Assembly (NCBI GenBank): GCA_018901655.1 | Contig: JAHIEG010000001.1 | Coordinates: 1 to 63,638, forward strand | Reading direction: 5' to 3' | Length of the DNA stretch: 63,638 nt | Origin: Nanobdellota archaeon | Lineage (GTDB): Archaea > Aenigmatarchaeota > Aenigmatarchaeia > Aenigmatarchaeales > Aenigmatarchaeaceae | Program-made: the position numbers and the translations under genes | Notes under the pieces: model-generated | The model's database searches: none | Told to the model about the DNA's origin: nothing | Seen by the model: the letters and a program-made list of their open reading frames with translations, nothing else | Shown here: one piece after another, positions 9,183 through 18,005 of the stretch | Numbering within the stretch: the first letter of the stretch is position 1 | Layout: each line of letters begins with the position of its first letter

Positions 9183-12100
9183 ATGCTTGAAAAGTTAAGT
9201 TCTGGACTTAAAGAGGCATTAAGAAAGATAGCTAAAGCTGGATATATTGATACTAATACAGTAAATGAGTTAGTTCGAGATATTCAGAGAACATTAATTG
9301 CTTCTGATGTTGATGTTAAACTTGTATTCAAATTAACTGAATCGATTAAAAAAAGATCTTTAGGTGAAAAGCCCGGTAAAGGAATGACAGCTCGAGAGCA
9401 TATAGTTAATATTGTTTATGAAGAACTTGTTAAATTTGTAGGTGAGAAGCCGGAGTTGATGCTTAAACCAGGTAAGGTATTGTTTATAGGTTTATTTGGA
9501 TCTGGTAAATGTGTTCATCCTGATAGTTTGGTATCTTTGGATGATGGTAGACTTATTTCAGCTGCGAATTTGTATAATGAATATACTAATTATAATAAGC
9601 AGATATTAGAAGATGGTGAAATAATAGACATATCTAATAAAGAACTTTTTGTGCCTTCGTTCAATCCATATACATTAAAAGTAGAGAGAAAAAAAGTAAC
9701 TCATTTGTGGAAACTTGAAAAGGACGAACTTTTGAACGTATATTTGGATAATGGTAATGATTTTTCCGTAAAAGTAACTGTAGAACATCCATTTTTCGTG
9801 ATGAGAAATGGTCAAGTAATACAAGTAAGAGCTGACATGTTAAATGTCGATGATTTTGTTTCTGTTCCTAGAAACTATATTTGTAATACGCACCAAGTTT
9901 CATTATTTTCATATTTGAAAGATCTTAATTTGGATGTATATATATCCCCAAAAGAAGCTAAGGAAAATATATTGAAGATTTATCCAAATTTAAAAATAGC
10001 CAATAAAAATTTATTATATACTAAAAATTACTGTAAATTTACAATGAACGTTAAAGATGGAAAAATACCTATTGAATTCATAAAAAACGAACACAGCTGT
10101 TATAAATTAAAATTATATAATGCCACAAAATTAATCAGTTTCCCCAATTATCTTACGTCTGAATTTGCAGAATTTTTAGGTTATGTATTTGGAGACGGAC
10201 ATCTAGATAAAGGTTATGTAGAAATTTCTAATGAAAATAAAGAAGTTATAGATAGGGTTATAGAACTATCCAAATCCCTTTTCAATATAATACCAGAGAT
10301 TAAGAAAGATGGGAGAACAAAAAATATGTATAAAATAAGGATCGTTTCAACTACATTGGTTCATATAATGAACAAGATGTTTGGTGTTCCAATTGGGAAA
10401 AAAGGCAAAAAATTGAAAATTTCTGAACAAATATTCAGATCTCATGATAGAACAGTTATTTCATTCTTACGTGCATATTTTGACTGTGATGGTTATTCTG
10501 CACAAGGTACAAGAGAAATTGAAATAAGTTCTGAAAGTAAGAACATGATATCCGGTACAAATCTTCTGTTAAAGAGATTTGGAATAATGTCTACAATATC
10601 AAAGAAGATAATCAATAAGGTTCCATATTGGAGATTGTTTATAAGAGCTAGATATGCAGAATTGTATACTGATAAAATAGGATTTATGATTATGGATAAA
10701 ATGAAAAGGGCATCTGAATACAAAAGTATAGGTATTAAACAAGGTTGTGGAAAGCAGGATTTAATACCAGTTGGAAGCTTACTTGAGGAAATAAGAACTT
10801 CTTTGGGATTTTCTATAGGAGAATTGCAGAACGTTTGTAATAGTTATGGTCAATATGAAAGAAATGGGATGATCTCAAGAGAAAGCCTGGCTAAAGTAGT
10901 AGATTTATATGAAAAAAATGTTAACGGAATACATTTTAAATTTTTAAGTATTATAAGAAATAATACAATTTTACTTGATAAAGTATTTTCTACAGAAGCT
11001 ATAAATTCATTAATATATTATTATACTCAAAATGCTTTTATTGAAGAAGATAATGGTTTAATAGTACTTACTAAAAATGGATTAAGTTTTTTGGAGAATA
11101 TTTCTAATTTTGATTCAAAAATTGCTATTGAACATCTTAATAATTTGTGTAATTCTGATGTTTGTTGGTCAAAGGTCGATAAAATTGAAAATTATAAAAA
11201 TGAAACAGGATTTGTATATGATTTAACCGTAGAAGATAATCATAGTTTTATAGCTGATGGAATAATAGTTCATAATACAACTTCAATTGGTAAACTTGCT
11301 AGATTTTATCAACGAAAGGGTTTGAAACCAGCATTAATTGGTTGTGATGTTCACCGACCAGCTGCTATGGATCAATTGAAACAATTAGCTGAACAACTTG
11401 GTGTTCCTTATTATATTGACAAAGTAAATAAGGACGCTGTAAGTATAGCAAGAGCAGGACTGAAAGCTTTAGAAAAAAATGATATTTTAATATTTGATTC
11501 GTCAGGTAGAGATGCTTTAGATGGAGAGTTAGCTAAAGAATTAAAAGAATTGGGAGAAGTAATAAAACCCGATGAGGTTATTTTAGCAATACCAGCTGAT
11601 CTTGGTCAAGCTGCTGGAGAACAAGCTTCTGAATTTAATAAGTTAGTTGGAATTACTGGAATATTTTTAACAAAAATGGATGGAACAGCAAGAGGTGGTG
11701 GAGCAATAACAGCTTGTTCTATAACAGATGCTCCTGTTAAATTTATTGGTGTGGGTGAAAAAATGGATGCTTTAGAAGTGTTCGATCCGGAACGATTTAT
11801 TTCTAGATTGGTTGGATTTGGAGATCTTCAAGCTTTAGTAGAAAAAGCTAAAGAATCAATGGAACCCGAAAAGGCAGAAAAAATAGCTGAACGTATGAGT
11901 TCTGGTAAATTTACAATGGATGATTTTTATGAACAACTTAAGGGTATGGGAAAGATGGGTTCTCTCAAATCTATGATGGATATGATACCTGGCATGGGCG
12001 GTATGAAACTTCCTAAAAATTTAGACCTTAACAAACAAGAAGGCAAGATGAAGAAATGGAAATATGTGATAGAGTCTATGACCAAGGCTGAACGTGAAGA

Positions 12101-12287
12101 TCCAGAATTGATTGATTCTTCTAGAGTAAGTAGAATTGCAAAAGGATCTGGAACCGATGAAACTGTAGTAAGAGAGCTTCTTAAGAATTTCAAACAGTCT
12201 AAAAAGATGATGAAAATGATGACTGGAAAAGGAATGAAACGAGGAGCCATGTCTAGATTTGCTAAAAAGTTCAAAGGAATGATGTAA
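9183..12287 (+). CDS. srp54: Signal recognition particle protein SRP54, intein-containing
   Basis: GLFGSGK|TT after intein removal, DVHRPAA, DSSGR, TKMDGTARGGG, Met-rich M domain. Confidence 0.97.
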   Translation: MLEKLSSGLKEALRKIAKAGYIDTNTVNELVRDIQRTLIASDVDVKLVFKLTESIKKRSLGEKPGKGMTAREHIVNIVYEELVKFVGEKPELMLKPGKVLFIGLFGSGKCVHPDSLVSLDDGRLISAANLYNEYTNYNKQILEDGEIIDISNKELFVPSFNPYTLKVERKKVTHLWKLEKDELLNVYLDNGNDFSVKVTVEHPFFVMRNGQVIQVRADMLNVDDFVSVPRNYICNTHQVSLFSYLKDLNLDVYISPKEAKENILKIYPNLKIANKNLLYTKNYCKFTMNVKDGKIPIEFIKNEHSCYKLKLYNATKLISFPNYLTSEFAEFLGYVFGDGHLDKGYVEISNENKEVIDRVIELSKSLFNIIPEIKKDGRTKNMYKIRIVSTTLVHIMNKMFGVPIGKKGKKLKISEQIFRSHDRTVISFLRAYFDCDGYSAQGTREIEISSESKNMISGTNLLLKRFGIMSTISKKIINKVPYWRLFIRARYAELYTDKIGFMIMDKMKRASEYKSIGIKQGCGKQDLIPVGSLLEEIRTSLGFSIGELQNVCNSYGQYERNGMISRESLAKVVDLYEKNVNGIHFKFLSIIRNNTILLDKVFSTEAINSLIYYYTQNAFIEEDNGLIVLTKNGLSFLENISNFDSKIAIEHLNNLCNSDVCWSKVDKIENYKNETGFVYDLTVEDNHSFIADGIIVHNTTSIGKLARFYQRKGLKPALIGCDVHRPAAMDQLKQLAEQLGVPYYIDKVNKDAVSIARAGLKALEKNDILIFDSSGRDALDGELAKELKELGEVIKPDEVILAIPADLGQAAGEQASEFNKLVGITGIFLTKMDGTARGGGAITACSITDAPVKFIGVGEKMDALEVFDPERFISRLVGFGDLQALVEKAKESMEPEKAEKIAERMSSGKFTMDDFYEQLKGMGKMGSLKSMMDMIPGMGGMKLPKNLDLNKQEGKMKKWKYVIESMTKAEREDPELIDSSRVSRIAKGSGTDETVVRELLKNFKQSKKMMKMMTGKGMKRGAMSRFAKKFKGMM
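9510..11276 (+). mobile_element. 589-aa intein with LAGLIDADG endonuclease in the SRP54 P-loop
   Basis: Starts CVHPDS, ends GIIVHN, +1 residue Thr; blocks EFLGYVFGDG and FLRAYFDCDG. Confidence 0.95.
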
Positions 12288-12322
12288 CGTTAATCGTTGT
12301 ATGTCGCATCACTTTTATATAT
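12285..12322 (+). promoter_or_regulatory. 38-bp palindrome plus TATA element, copy A2
   Basis: taacgttaatcgttgtatgtcgcatcacttttatatat; starts at the srp54 stop codon and ends 22 nt before the ATG at 12345. Confidence 0.7.
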
Positions 12323-12344
12323 CAGTTTATACAAAGCTTTTGAT

Positions 12345-12692
12345 ATGCCAATAGGGATACTTTACACGAAAAACATTCAGTGTGAAAATAGAGCTTGTAA
12401 TAATGGATGCCCATTACTAAAAATGGCTCAGGATAATAGTCATAAACTTGGTGGATTTCCTGAAACTGAAGCTGGTAAATATCATCGAAAAATTACAGTT
12501 GAGGGTGAAACTATTTTAGACGTTGATTACACAATGATCGGTTCAGGTATTTTAGAGATATCTGGTCAAAGACAACATACTCCTGATCGTAGAGAATATT
12601 GCCATCTAATAATTAAAAAGAGCAAGGACAATGGCTCTGAAAACTACCTTCCTGATATTGATGTTTTCAAAAAATTATCGCCATCAGTGTAA
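12345..12692 (+). CDS. Hypothetical protein (Cys-containing)
   Basis: ORF MPIGILYTKNIQCENRACNNGCP...; start chosen from TATA spacing. Confidence 0.6.
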   Translation: MPIGILYTKNIQCENRACNNGCPLLKMAQDNSHKLGGFPETEAGKYHRKITVEGETILDVDYTMIGSGILEISGQRQHTPDRREYCHLIIKKSKDNGSENYLPDIDVFKKLSPSV

Positions 12693-12723
12693 GGTTTAAA
12701 TGTTTTTGCTTCTAAGTAATTCT

Positions 12724-13263
12724 ATGCCATAATTTGATAGTACTGGTAAAAGACCAACTAAAGTCGAATATTATTTAGGAATTGCTTCTGCTGTTCTTAG
12801 AAGAGGAACATGTTTGCGAAGAAATTATGGTGCAGTTATTGTTAAAGATGATATGATTGTTGCTACAGGATATAGTGGTGCTCCAACAGGTTCACCAAAT
12901 TGTATTGATCATAGTGTATGCCCTCGCGAAGAAGCAGGAATACCTTCTGGTCAAAGATATGAATTGTGTAAATCAATTCATGCTGAAGAAAATGCTATAA
13001 TTCCTACATCAAGAAAAGATCTTGATGGATCTATTTTATATCTTTCTGGAGTAAATGCTAAAACTGGAAAAACAATTGAAGCAGAACCGTGTATTAAGTG
13101 TAAACGATATATAATTCAAGCTCGTATTGAAAAGGTTGTTATGAAAACATCTGGTTATGAGTTCGAAGAATATTGGGTTTCTGAAACAGTAAATGAAGTT
13201 GTTGATTTGCAACAGAAAACAATGGATGAGTTTAAGCCAAGAAAAGTAGATGATATTAAATAA
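12724..13263 (+). pseudogene. dCMP deaminase (ComEB family) with an in-frame TAA at codon 3
   Basis: ATG CCA TAA, then RPTKVEYYLGIA..RGTCLRRNYGAVIV, HAEENA and PCIKC in the same frame. Confidence 0.75.
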
Positions 13264-13302
13264 ACTTTATAAACGTTTAAGACACAATTTGTTTTGATTA
13301 AT

Positions 13303-13584
13303 ATGGTAGTAAAATCACATGGAAAACATAGAAGAACTAGAGATAAGCTGAGAAAGAACACTAGAATTACTGTTAATCAATATCTTAAGAAATTTAACAT
13401 TGGTGATAGAGTTGCAATTGTAATTGAATCAGCTTCTATGGAATCTATGCCATGTAAGAGATTTCAAGGTTTAACTGGAAAAGTTATAGGAGAGAGAGGA
13501 AGAGCTTATTTTATTGAAATTAATGATTGTGGAAAACCTAAAAAGGTTTTAACAATGCCAGAGCATTTGAAGGTGATTAAATAA
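13303..13584 (+). CDS. rpl21e: 50S ribosomal protein L21e
   Basis: SHG..RRTRDKL...F.IGDRVAI...P.KRFQG.TG.VIG.RGRAY. Confidence 0.96.
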   Translation: MVVKSHGKHRRTRDKLRKNTRITVNQYLKKFNIGDRVAIVIESASMESMPCKRFQGLTGKVIGERGRAYFIEINDCGKPKKVLTMPEHLKVIK

Positions 13585-13931
13585 TGTATCATCCAGCAAA
13601 AGTTATTGAAATATTTTCAACTGGTAAGGATATTAAATCAGCTGATACTTCTATTCAAGTTACATTAGAAATGTGGGATGATAATATTCTTACATTTCAA
13701 ATCAATTCTAAACTTGGGAAAATAGCAAAAGAAGGAGATATTGTAATAGTTGATTATGGAATGAAGTCTATTAAAGAACCAGTTCCAAAGCATGATATAG
13801 TAAAAGTTTTGAAAGGAAAGAAAGGAGAAAAGATGTGGAAAAAATATCAAGACTTTTTAAGAAAAAATAAACCAAGTGCTAAAACTTCAACTCCAGTTAT
13901 TTCTAGACCACCTGTTCAGTATATAGGATAG
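13584..13931 (+). CDS. Conserved hypothetical protein, translationally coupled to rpl21e
   Basis: TAATG overlap; MYHPAKV...EMWDDN...GDIVIVDY beta-rich pattern. Confidence 0.7.
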   Translation: MYHPAKVIEIFSTGKDIKSADTSIQVTLEMWDDNILTFQINSKLGKIAKEGDIVIVDYGMKSIKEPVPKHDIVKVLKGKKGEKMWKKYQDFLRKNKPSAKTSTPVISRPPVQYIG

Positions 13932-13981
13932 CTTTTTATACTTAGAATTCTCTAATATTGTTTCACGAAAGGGTGATAAAT

Positions 13982-14167
13982 ATGGAAAACAATACAATAA
14001 AAATTGGAGATGAAATACTCTATAGTAAAGATAGACAGTCACCACCAACAGTACCAGGAAAGATTACAAATCTACGTCATTTAGACGTGTACATTGATGG
14101 CGATATGAATAGATATACTGGACATATTAGAAGAATTGATGAAATTACACGATCTGAAAAATATTAA
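13982..14167 (+). CDS. Small hypothetical protein (SH3/KOW-like)
   Basis: MENNTIKIGDEILY... preceded by an SD-like gggtga. Confidence 0.5.
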   Translation: MENNTIKIGDEILYSKDRQSPPTVPGKITNLRHLDVYIDGDMNRYTGHIRRIDEITRSEKY

Positions 14168-14259
14168 TTTAAATTTTCTTTGACACGTAAAATCCGTCTT
14201 TTGAGTAGCCAAGGCTGTAGAAGTATTGTTTATTTAAAGTTTTATTTACTATTATAATT

Positions 14260-14757
14260 ATGTTTGAATCAATTAAAAAATTAGATGCACAAATGGCTAG
14301 ATTAAAGGGTAGAATTTCTAGATCTGAAAGAAAACTTGATGATGATAAAGCAACATATAAGGAGCTTAGTGTTGAAAAACAATATCACACATTTGTTAAA
14401 GATGTAGAAACAAATGGTGAAAAATATAATCTCAATGTTCCAGGGATAGTTGAAAATTTGGATATGATGAAAAACTATATTGATAATACTTTCTTTGACG
14501 ATGCAGAGAACATTTCATCAGATATTGAAAGCGAAATTTACAATAGAAAATTTCAAAGATGTTTGATTGAAATATCATCAACCAGAACGAAGATATTAGA
14601 AGCTAGTCGCAAAGAATTAGATTTAACAGGCGTGCTAGATATATTAAATAATGCTAAGCATGAATTAAGAATAAAAGAATTTGATTCTGCCATGGAATAT
14701 GCAAAAGAAGCTTATGATATGGTAGATAATCTTTTGAAGGAATTTACAGTGGTTTAG
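14260..14757 (+). CDS. Hypothetical coiled-coil protein
   Basis: 165-aa helical ORF. Confidence 0.6.
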   Translation: MFESIKKLDAQMARLKGRISRSERKLDDDKATYKELSVEKQYHTFVKDVETNGEKYNLNVPGIVENLDMMKNYIDNTFFDDAENISSDIESEIYNRKFQRCLIEISSTRTKILEASRKELDLTGVLDILNNAKHELRIKEFDSAMEYAKEAYDMVDNLLKEFTVV

Positions 14758-16108
14758 AAACATATGGCCCTTCTTTTTTATAGCCTAATTTGTAGAAGTA
14801 TTCTCGAACACCCACACCAGAAATGACAACCATCTTATTACATTTTAATTCTTTAGTAATTTGCTCTGCTTCAATCATAAGTTTTTTACCATATCCTTTA
14901 TGTTGCCAGGTTGGTTCACCATTTATTTTAGCCATTCTCCCATAAGTGTGTATTTCTCTAACAATTGCTGTTTTGTTTGTTATTTCTTTTCTAAACGATT
15001 CAGTTGGTATTCTTAATCTTAAAAGTGAAACAAGTGCTCCATTATCATCTTCATAGCTTAGGAAGATTTCTTTCCCACCCGACGCTTGATAATCTTTTCT
15101 TTTTAATTTAAGTTCTCCAATTGTTTTTCCATCTTTTTCTAAATATCCAACTTCCCTACACCTTATACATTTGCATTTAATATTCAATTCTTTTAATTTG
15201 GTTTGAATCTCATCTCTAAGATGAGAATAGACGCATTCAGATGCGATATATTCAGCTGGAAGGTCTCTCATAATTCTCATTATTCGAACATGATTTGGGA
15301 TAAGTTGTTTTATTTTAACAATTAGGTCTACAATTTGTTCAGTAGAATATGGTTTGTAAACCCCTTGGTTATACATTTCTTCAAGTTTGGTTCCACGGAT
15401 TACGAATGTTGGATAAATTTTAATTTGATCAGGTTGATATCGTTCGTCGTTGAATAAAGTTTTAAACATCTCTAGGTCTTTATCAGAGTTTGATCCAGGA
15501 AGTCCTAACATCATATGGTAACTGATTTTGAATCCTGCGTTTTTTAGAAGTTTAGTTGCTTTAATTACATCTTCAACTGTATGACCACGTTCAGTTATTT
15601 TATGTATTTCATTATCTAAGGACTGGACACCTATTTCAATTCTTGTACATCCATAGTTTAACATTTGATCAATTGTTTTTTCATTAATCATATCTGGTCT
15701 AGTTTCTAAACATAGTGCTACTATTCTATTTTCAGCAGTTTCATTTACTTTTTGCGCTTCTTCAAGTGAATTAGATACAAAACCATTTGCTCCATCAAAA
15801 CAACCTTTGATAAACTCTTTTTGATAATCAGTTGGGTAATTGTTAAACGTTCCACCCATTATTATAAGTTCTATTTTATCTGTTGGGTGTTCCATTAATT
15901 TGAATATTTTGATTCTAGATTGAACTTGTTTATATGGATCATAATCTAAAGACGATGCTCTTAGAACTACTGGAGAAGTTTTAGTATAGCTTTCTGGCAC
16001 TCCTATTTGAGTTGGGCAATATATGCATTTTCCGTGTGGACAGGGGTATGGTTTAAGCATAACAGCTAATGGCACTATACCTGATAGTGATCTTACTGTT
16101 TTTTTCAT
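14744..16108 (-). CDS. elp3: tRNA uridine(34) acetyltransferase Elp3 (radical SAM plus GNAT)
   Basis: CPHGKCIYCP, IMGGTF, ETRPD, RGHTV, CIRCREVG, WQHKGYGKKL, SGVGVREYF. Confidence 0.96.
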   Translation of the reverse strand: MKKTVRSLSGIVPLAVMLKPYPCPHGKCIYCPTQIGVPESYTKTSPVVLRASSLDYDPYKQVQSRIKIFKLMEHPTDKIELIIMGGTFNNYPTDYQKEFIKGCFDGANGFVSNSLEEAQKVNETAENRIVALCLETRPDMINEKTIDQMLNYGCTRIEIGVQSLDNEIHKITERGHTVEDVIKATKLLKNAGFKISYHMMLGLPGSNSDKDLEMFKTLFNDERYQPDQIKIYPTFVIRGTKLEEMYNQGVYKPYSTEQIVDLIVKIKQLIPNHVRIMRIMRDLPAEYIASECVYSHLRDEIQTKLKELNIKCKCIRCREVGYLEKDGKTIGELKLKRKDYQASGGKEIFLSYEDDNGALVSLLRLRIPTESFRKEITNKTAIVREIHTYGRMAKINGEPTWQHKGYGKKLMIEAEQITKELKCNKMVVISGVGVREYFYKLGYKKEGPYVSKPL

Positions 16109-16160
16109 AGTTTAATTTAATTGAGTAATCTATATAAATCATGATAGATAGAATATTCTT

Positions 16161-16724
16161 ATGGTAGATTACATTGGGTTGTTAACAGCTTTTATAGTAA
16201 GCCTTTATTCTGGCTATGAAGGACAATTAATCACGTTAGCAATTTACACGGTTGGTATGGTTTTTTATGCAATAGTTATATGGCATTTTTATAGAAGTTT
16301 AGCAAAAAAAGAGATATTTCAAAAGAAAGGAATTAGTAGTTATGTTTTAAAATACTTAGTATTGTTTCCTTTAGTTGCTTCTGTTTGGTTTTTGATAATT
16401 TCAATGTTTTTGTTTTTCTTAGCAAAGGGTTTGTCAGTAGATCAAGTCTTATTGGCTTCAATAACAATTGTTTCATCTGTTAGAGCAGCAGCTTATTATA
16501 ATGAAGATCTTTCAAAAGATTTAGCTAAGATGATACCATTTGCGCTTCTTGGTATTTTTATTGTTGATCCAAGTTATTTTTCATATGAACTTGTAATTCA
16601 AAGAATTGATGTATTGCCATCTTTAATGCCTTTAATATTAAGATATTTATTGTTTGTATATATTTTAGAAATTACATTAAGAACCTTCCATAATTTATTA
16701 CATAGAGAACCTAAGAAAAAATAA
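16161..16724 (+). CDS. Conserved membrane protein
   Basis: Several hydrophobic helices; RAAAYYNEDLSKDLAKMIPFALL. Confidence 0.75.
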   Translation: MVDYIGLLTAFIVSLYSGYEGQLITLAIYTVGMVFYAIVIWHFYRSLAKKEIFQKKGISSYVLKYLVLFPLVASVWFLIISMFLFFLAKGLSVDQVLLASITIVSSVRAAAYYNEDLSKDLAKMIPFALLGIFIVDPSYFSYELVIQRIDVLPSLMPLILRYLLFVYILEITLRTFHNLLHREPKKK

Positions 16725-16729
16725 TTCTT

Positions 16730-17332
16730 ATGCAATTAAAAGAAGTTTATGACGAGATAGCAGAAGATTGGAATAATAAACATCAGTTTCCACATCCAGC
16801 GCAGCTTATTACATTAAAAAATTGGAAAGGAAAGATACTTGATTTAGGTTGTGGGAATTGTATTAATCTTACTATTTTTGAAGGATCTGAATTATATGGA
16901 CTCGATTTTTCTGAAAATATGATAAAAGAAGCTGAGAAATTTTGTAAGGATAATGAGATGGAAGTTCTTTTGAAAGTTGGAGATATATTAAATACTGGAT
17001 ATCCTGATAAATATTTTGACTATATCATATTTTCTAAAGCCATTCAACATCTTAAGAAAAAAGATCATTTTAAGGCGATGATAGAACTTAGGAGAATATT
17101 GAAAGATGGTGGAAAATGTTTTATCGCTTGTTGGAACAAGAAATATGAAGATAATCTGGATAAGAAAAAAGAAGCAATGATTCCATGGATACTTGGTGAT
17201 AAGATTTATGAAAGATATTATTATTTTTTTGATGAACAAGAACTTATTGATTTAATTAAAGAAACGGGGTTTAAGGTTAAAGAAAAGTTAAGTGAATCTG
17301 ATTCTAAGAACATATGTTTGGTTATATCATAA
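16730..17332 (+). CDS. Class I SAM methyltransferase, Trm9/ALKBH8-like
   Basis: ILDLGCGN; ELRRILKDGG...W...IPW...RYYYFF...EL, the Trm9-type C-terminal pattern. Confidence 0.7.
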   Translation: MQLKEVYDEIAEDWNNKHQFPHPAQLITLKNWKGKILDLGCGNCINLTIFEGSELYGLDFSENMIKEAEKFCKDNEMEVLLKVGDILNTGYPDKYFDYIIFSKAIQHLKKKDHFKAMIELRRILKDGGKCFIACWNKKYEDNLDKKKEAMIPWILGDKIYERYYYFFDEQELIDLIKETGFKVKEKLSESDSKNICLVIS

Positions 17333-17366
17333 ACTTTTAAAGCATTGGGTGGGATATTCTTAGTAT

Positions 17367-17444
17367 GGCTTAGATAGTGTAGCTCGGTTAACATAAGAGA
17401 TTGTGGCTCTCTTGACGGGGGTTCAAATCCCCCTCTAGGCCCCA
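17367..17444 (+). tRNA. tRNA-His(GUG), with genome-encoded G-1 and CCA
   Basis: Anticodon arm AGAGA-TT GTG GC-TCTCT; T-arm GGGGG TTCAAAT CCCCC; G-1:C73; ends in CCA. Confidence 0.95.
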
Positions 17445-17543
17445 TTATGGTTTATTTTATTATTGATTTATGATAGGAATAAAGAATAAGACGTCAATTA
17501 AGGGTTGATAGTAAATATCTTAAGAAGACAGAAAGAAAGATTT

Positions 17544-17999
17544 CTATTTGGCCAGAGCTCGGATAATATCTGCTCTAGCAATTATTCCAACTAATTTTTT
17601 ACCTTCAACAACAGCTAATCTTTTAATGTTTTTATTATTCATTATTTCAGCTGCTTTAATTATATTTTCATTTGGTTTAATGATAAATACTTTCTTTTCC
17701 ATAAAATCATTGACTTTTACGTTTTTACAATGTTTTTTCATATTTTCAATGTTGGGGGTTTTAACAAGTTCAACAATTAGTTTAAATGCAGTATTACTAT
17801 CAAATCTAATTTTAGGTAAACAAACATCAATAGTTTTAAGAACATCTGATTCAGTTACCATTCCTTTGATACAATTATTTTTATCAACTACTGGCATTCC
17901 GGATATTCTATATTTAGAAAAAATACTAAGAACATCTTGAAGATTATCGGTAGGTTTTACAGAGATTACTTTTTTGGTCATAATTTCTTTAACAAGCAT
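17544..17999 (-). CDS. CBS-domain pair protein
   Basis: VKEIMT.KVISV...ISGMPVVD; LAVVEGKKLVGIIARADI. Confidence 0.92.
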   Translation of the reverse strand: MLVKEIMTKKVISVKPTDNLQDVLSIFSKYRISGMPVVDKNNCIKGMVTESDVLKTIDVCLPKIRFDSNTAFKLIVELVKTPNIENMKKHCKNVKVNDFMEKKVFIIKPNENIIKAAEIMNNKNIKRLAVVEGKKLVGIIARADIIRALAK

Positions 18000-18005
18000 A
18001 ATAGA

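Noticed and set aside
17221-17445. 74-aa minus-strand ORF MGPRGGFEPP...
   Set aside because: Antisense reading of tRNA-His.
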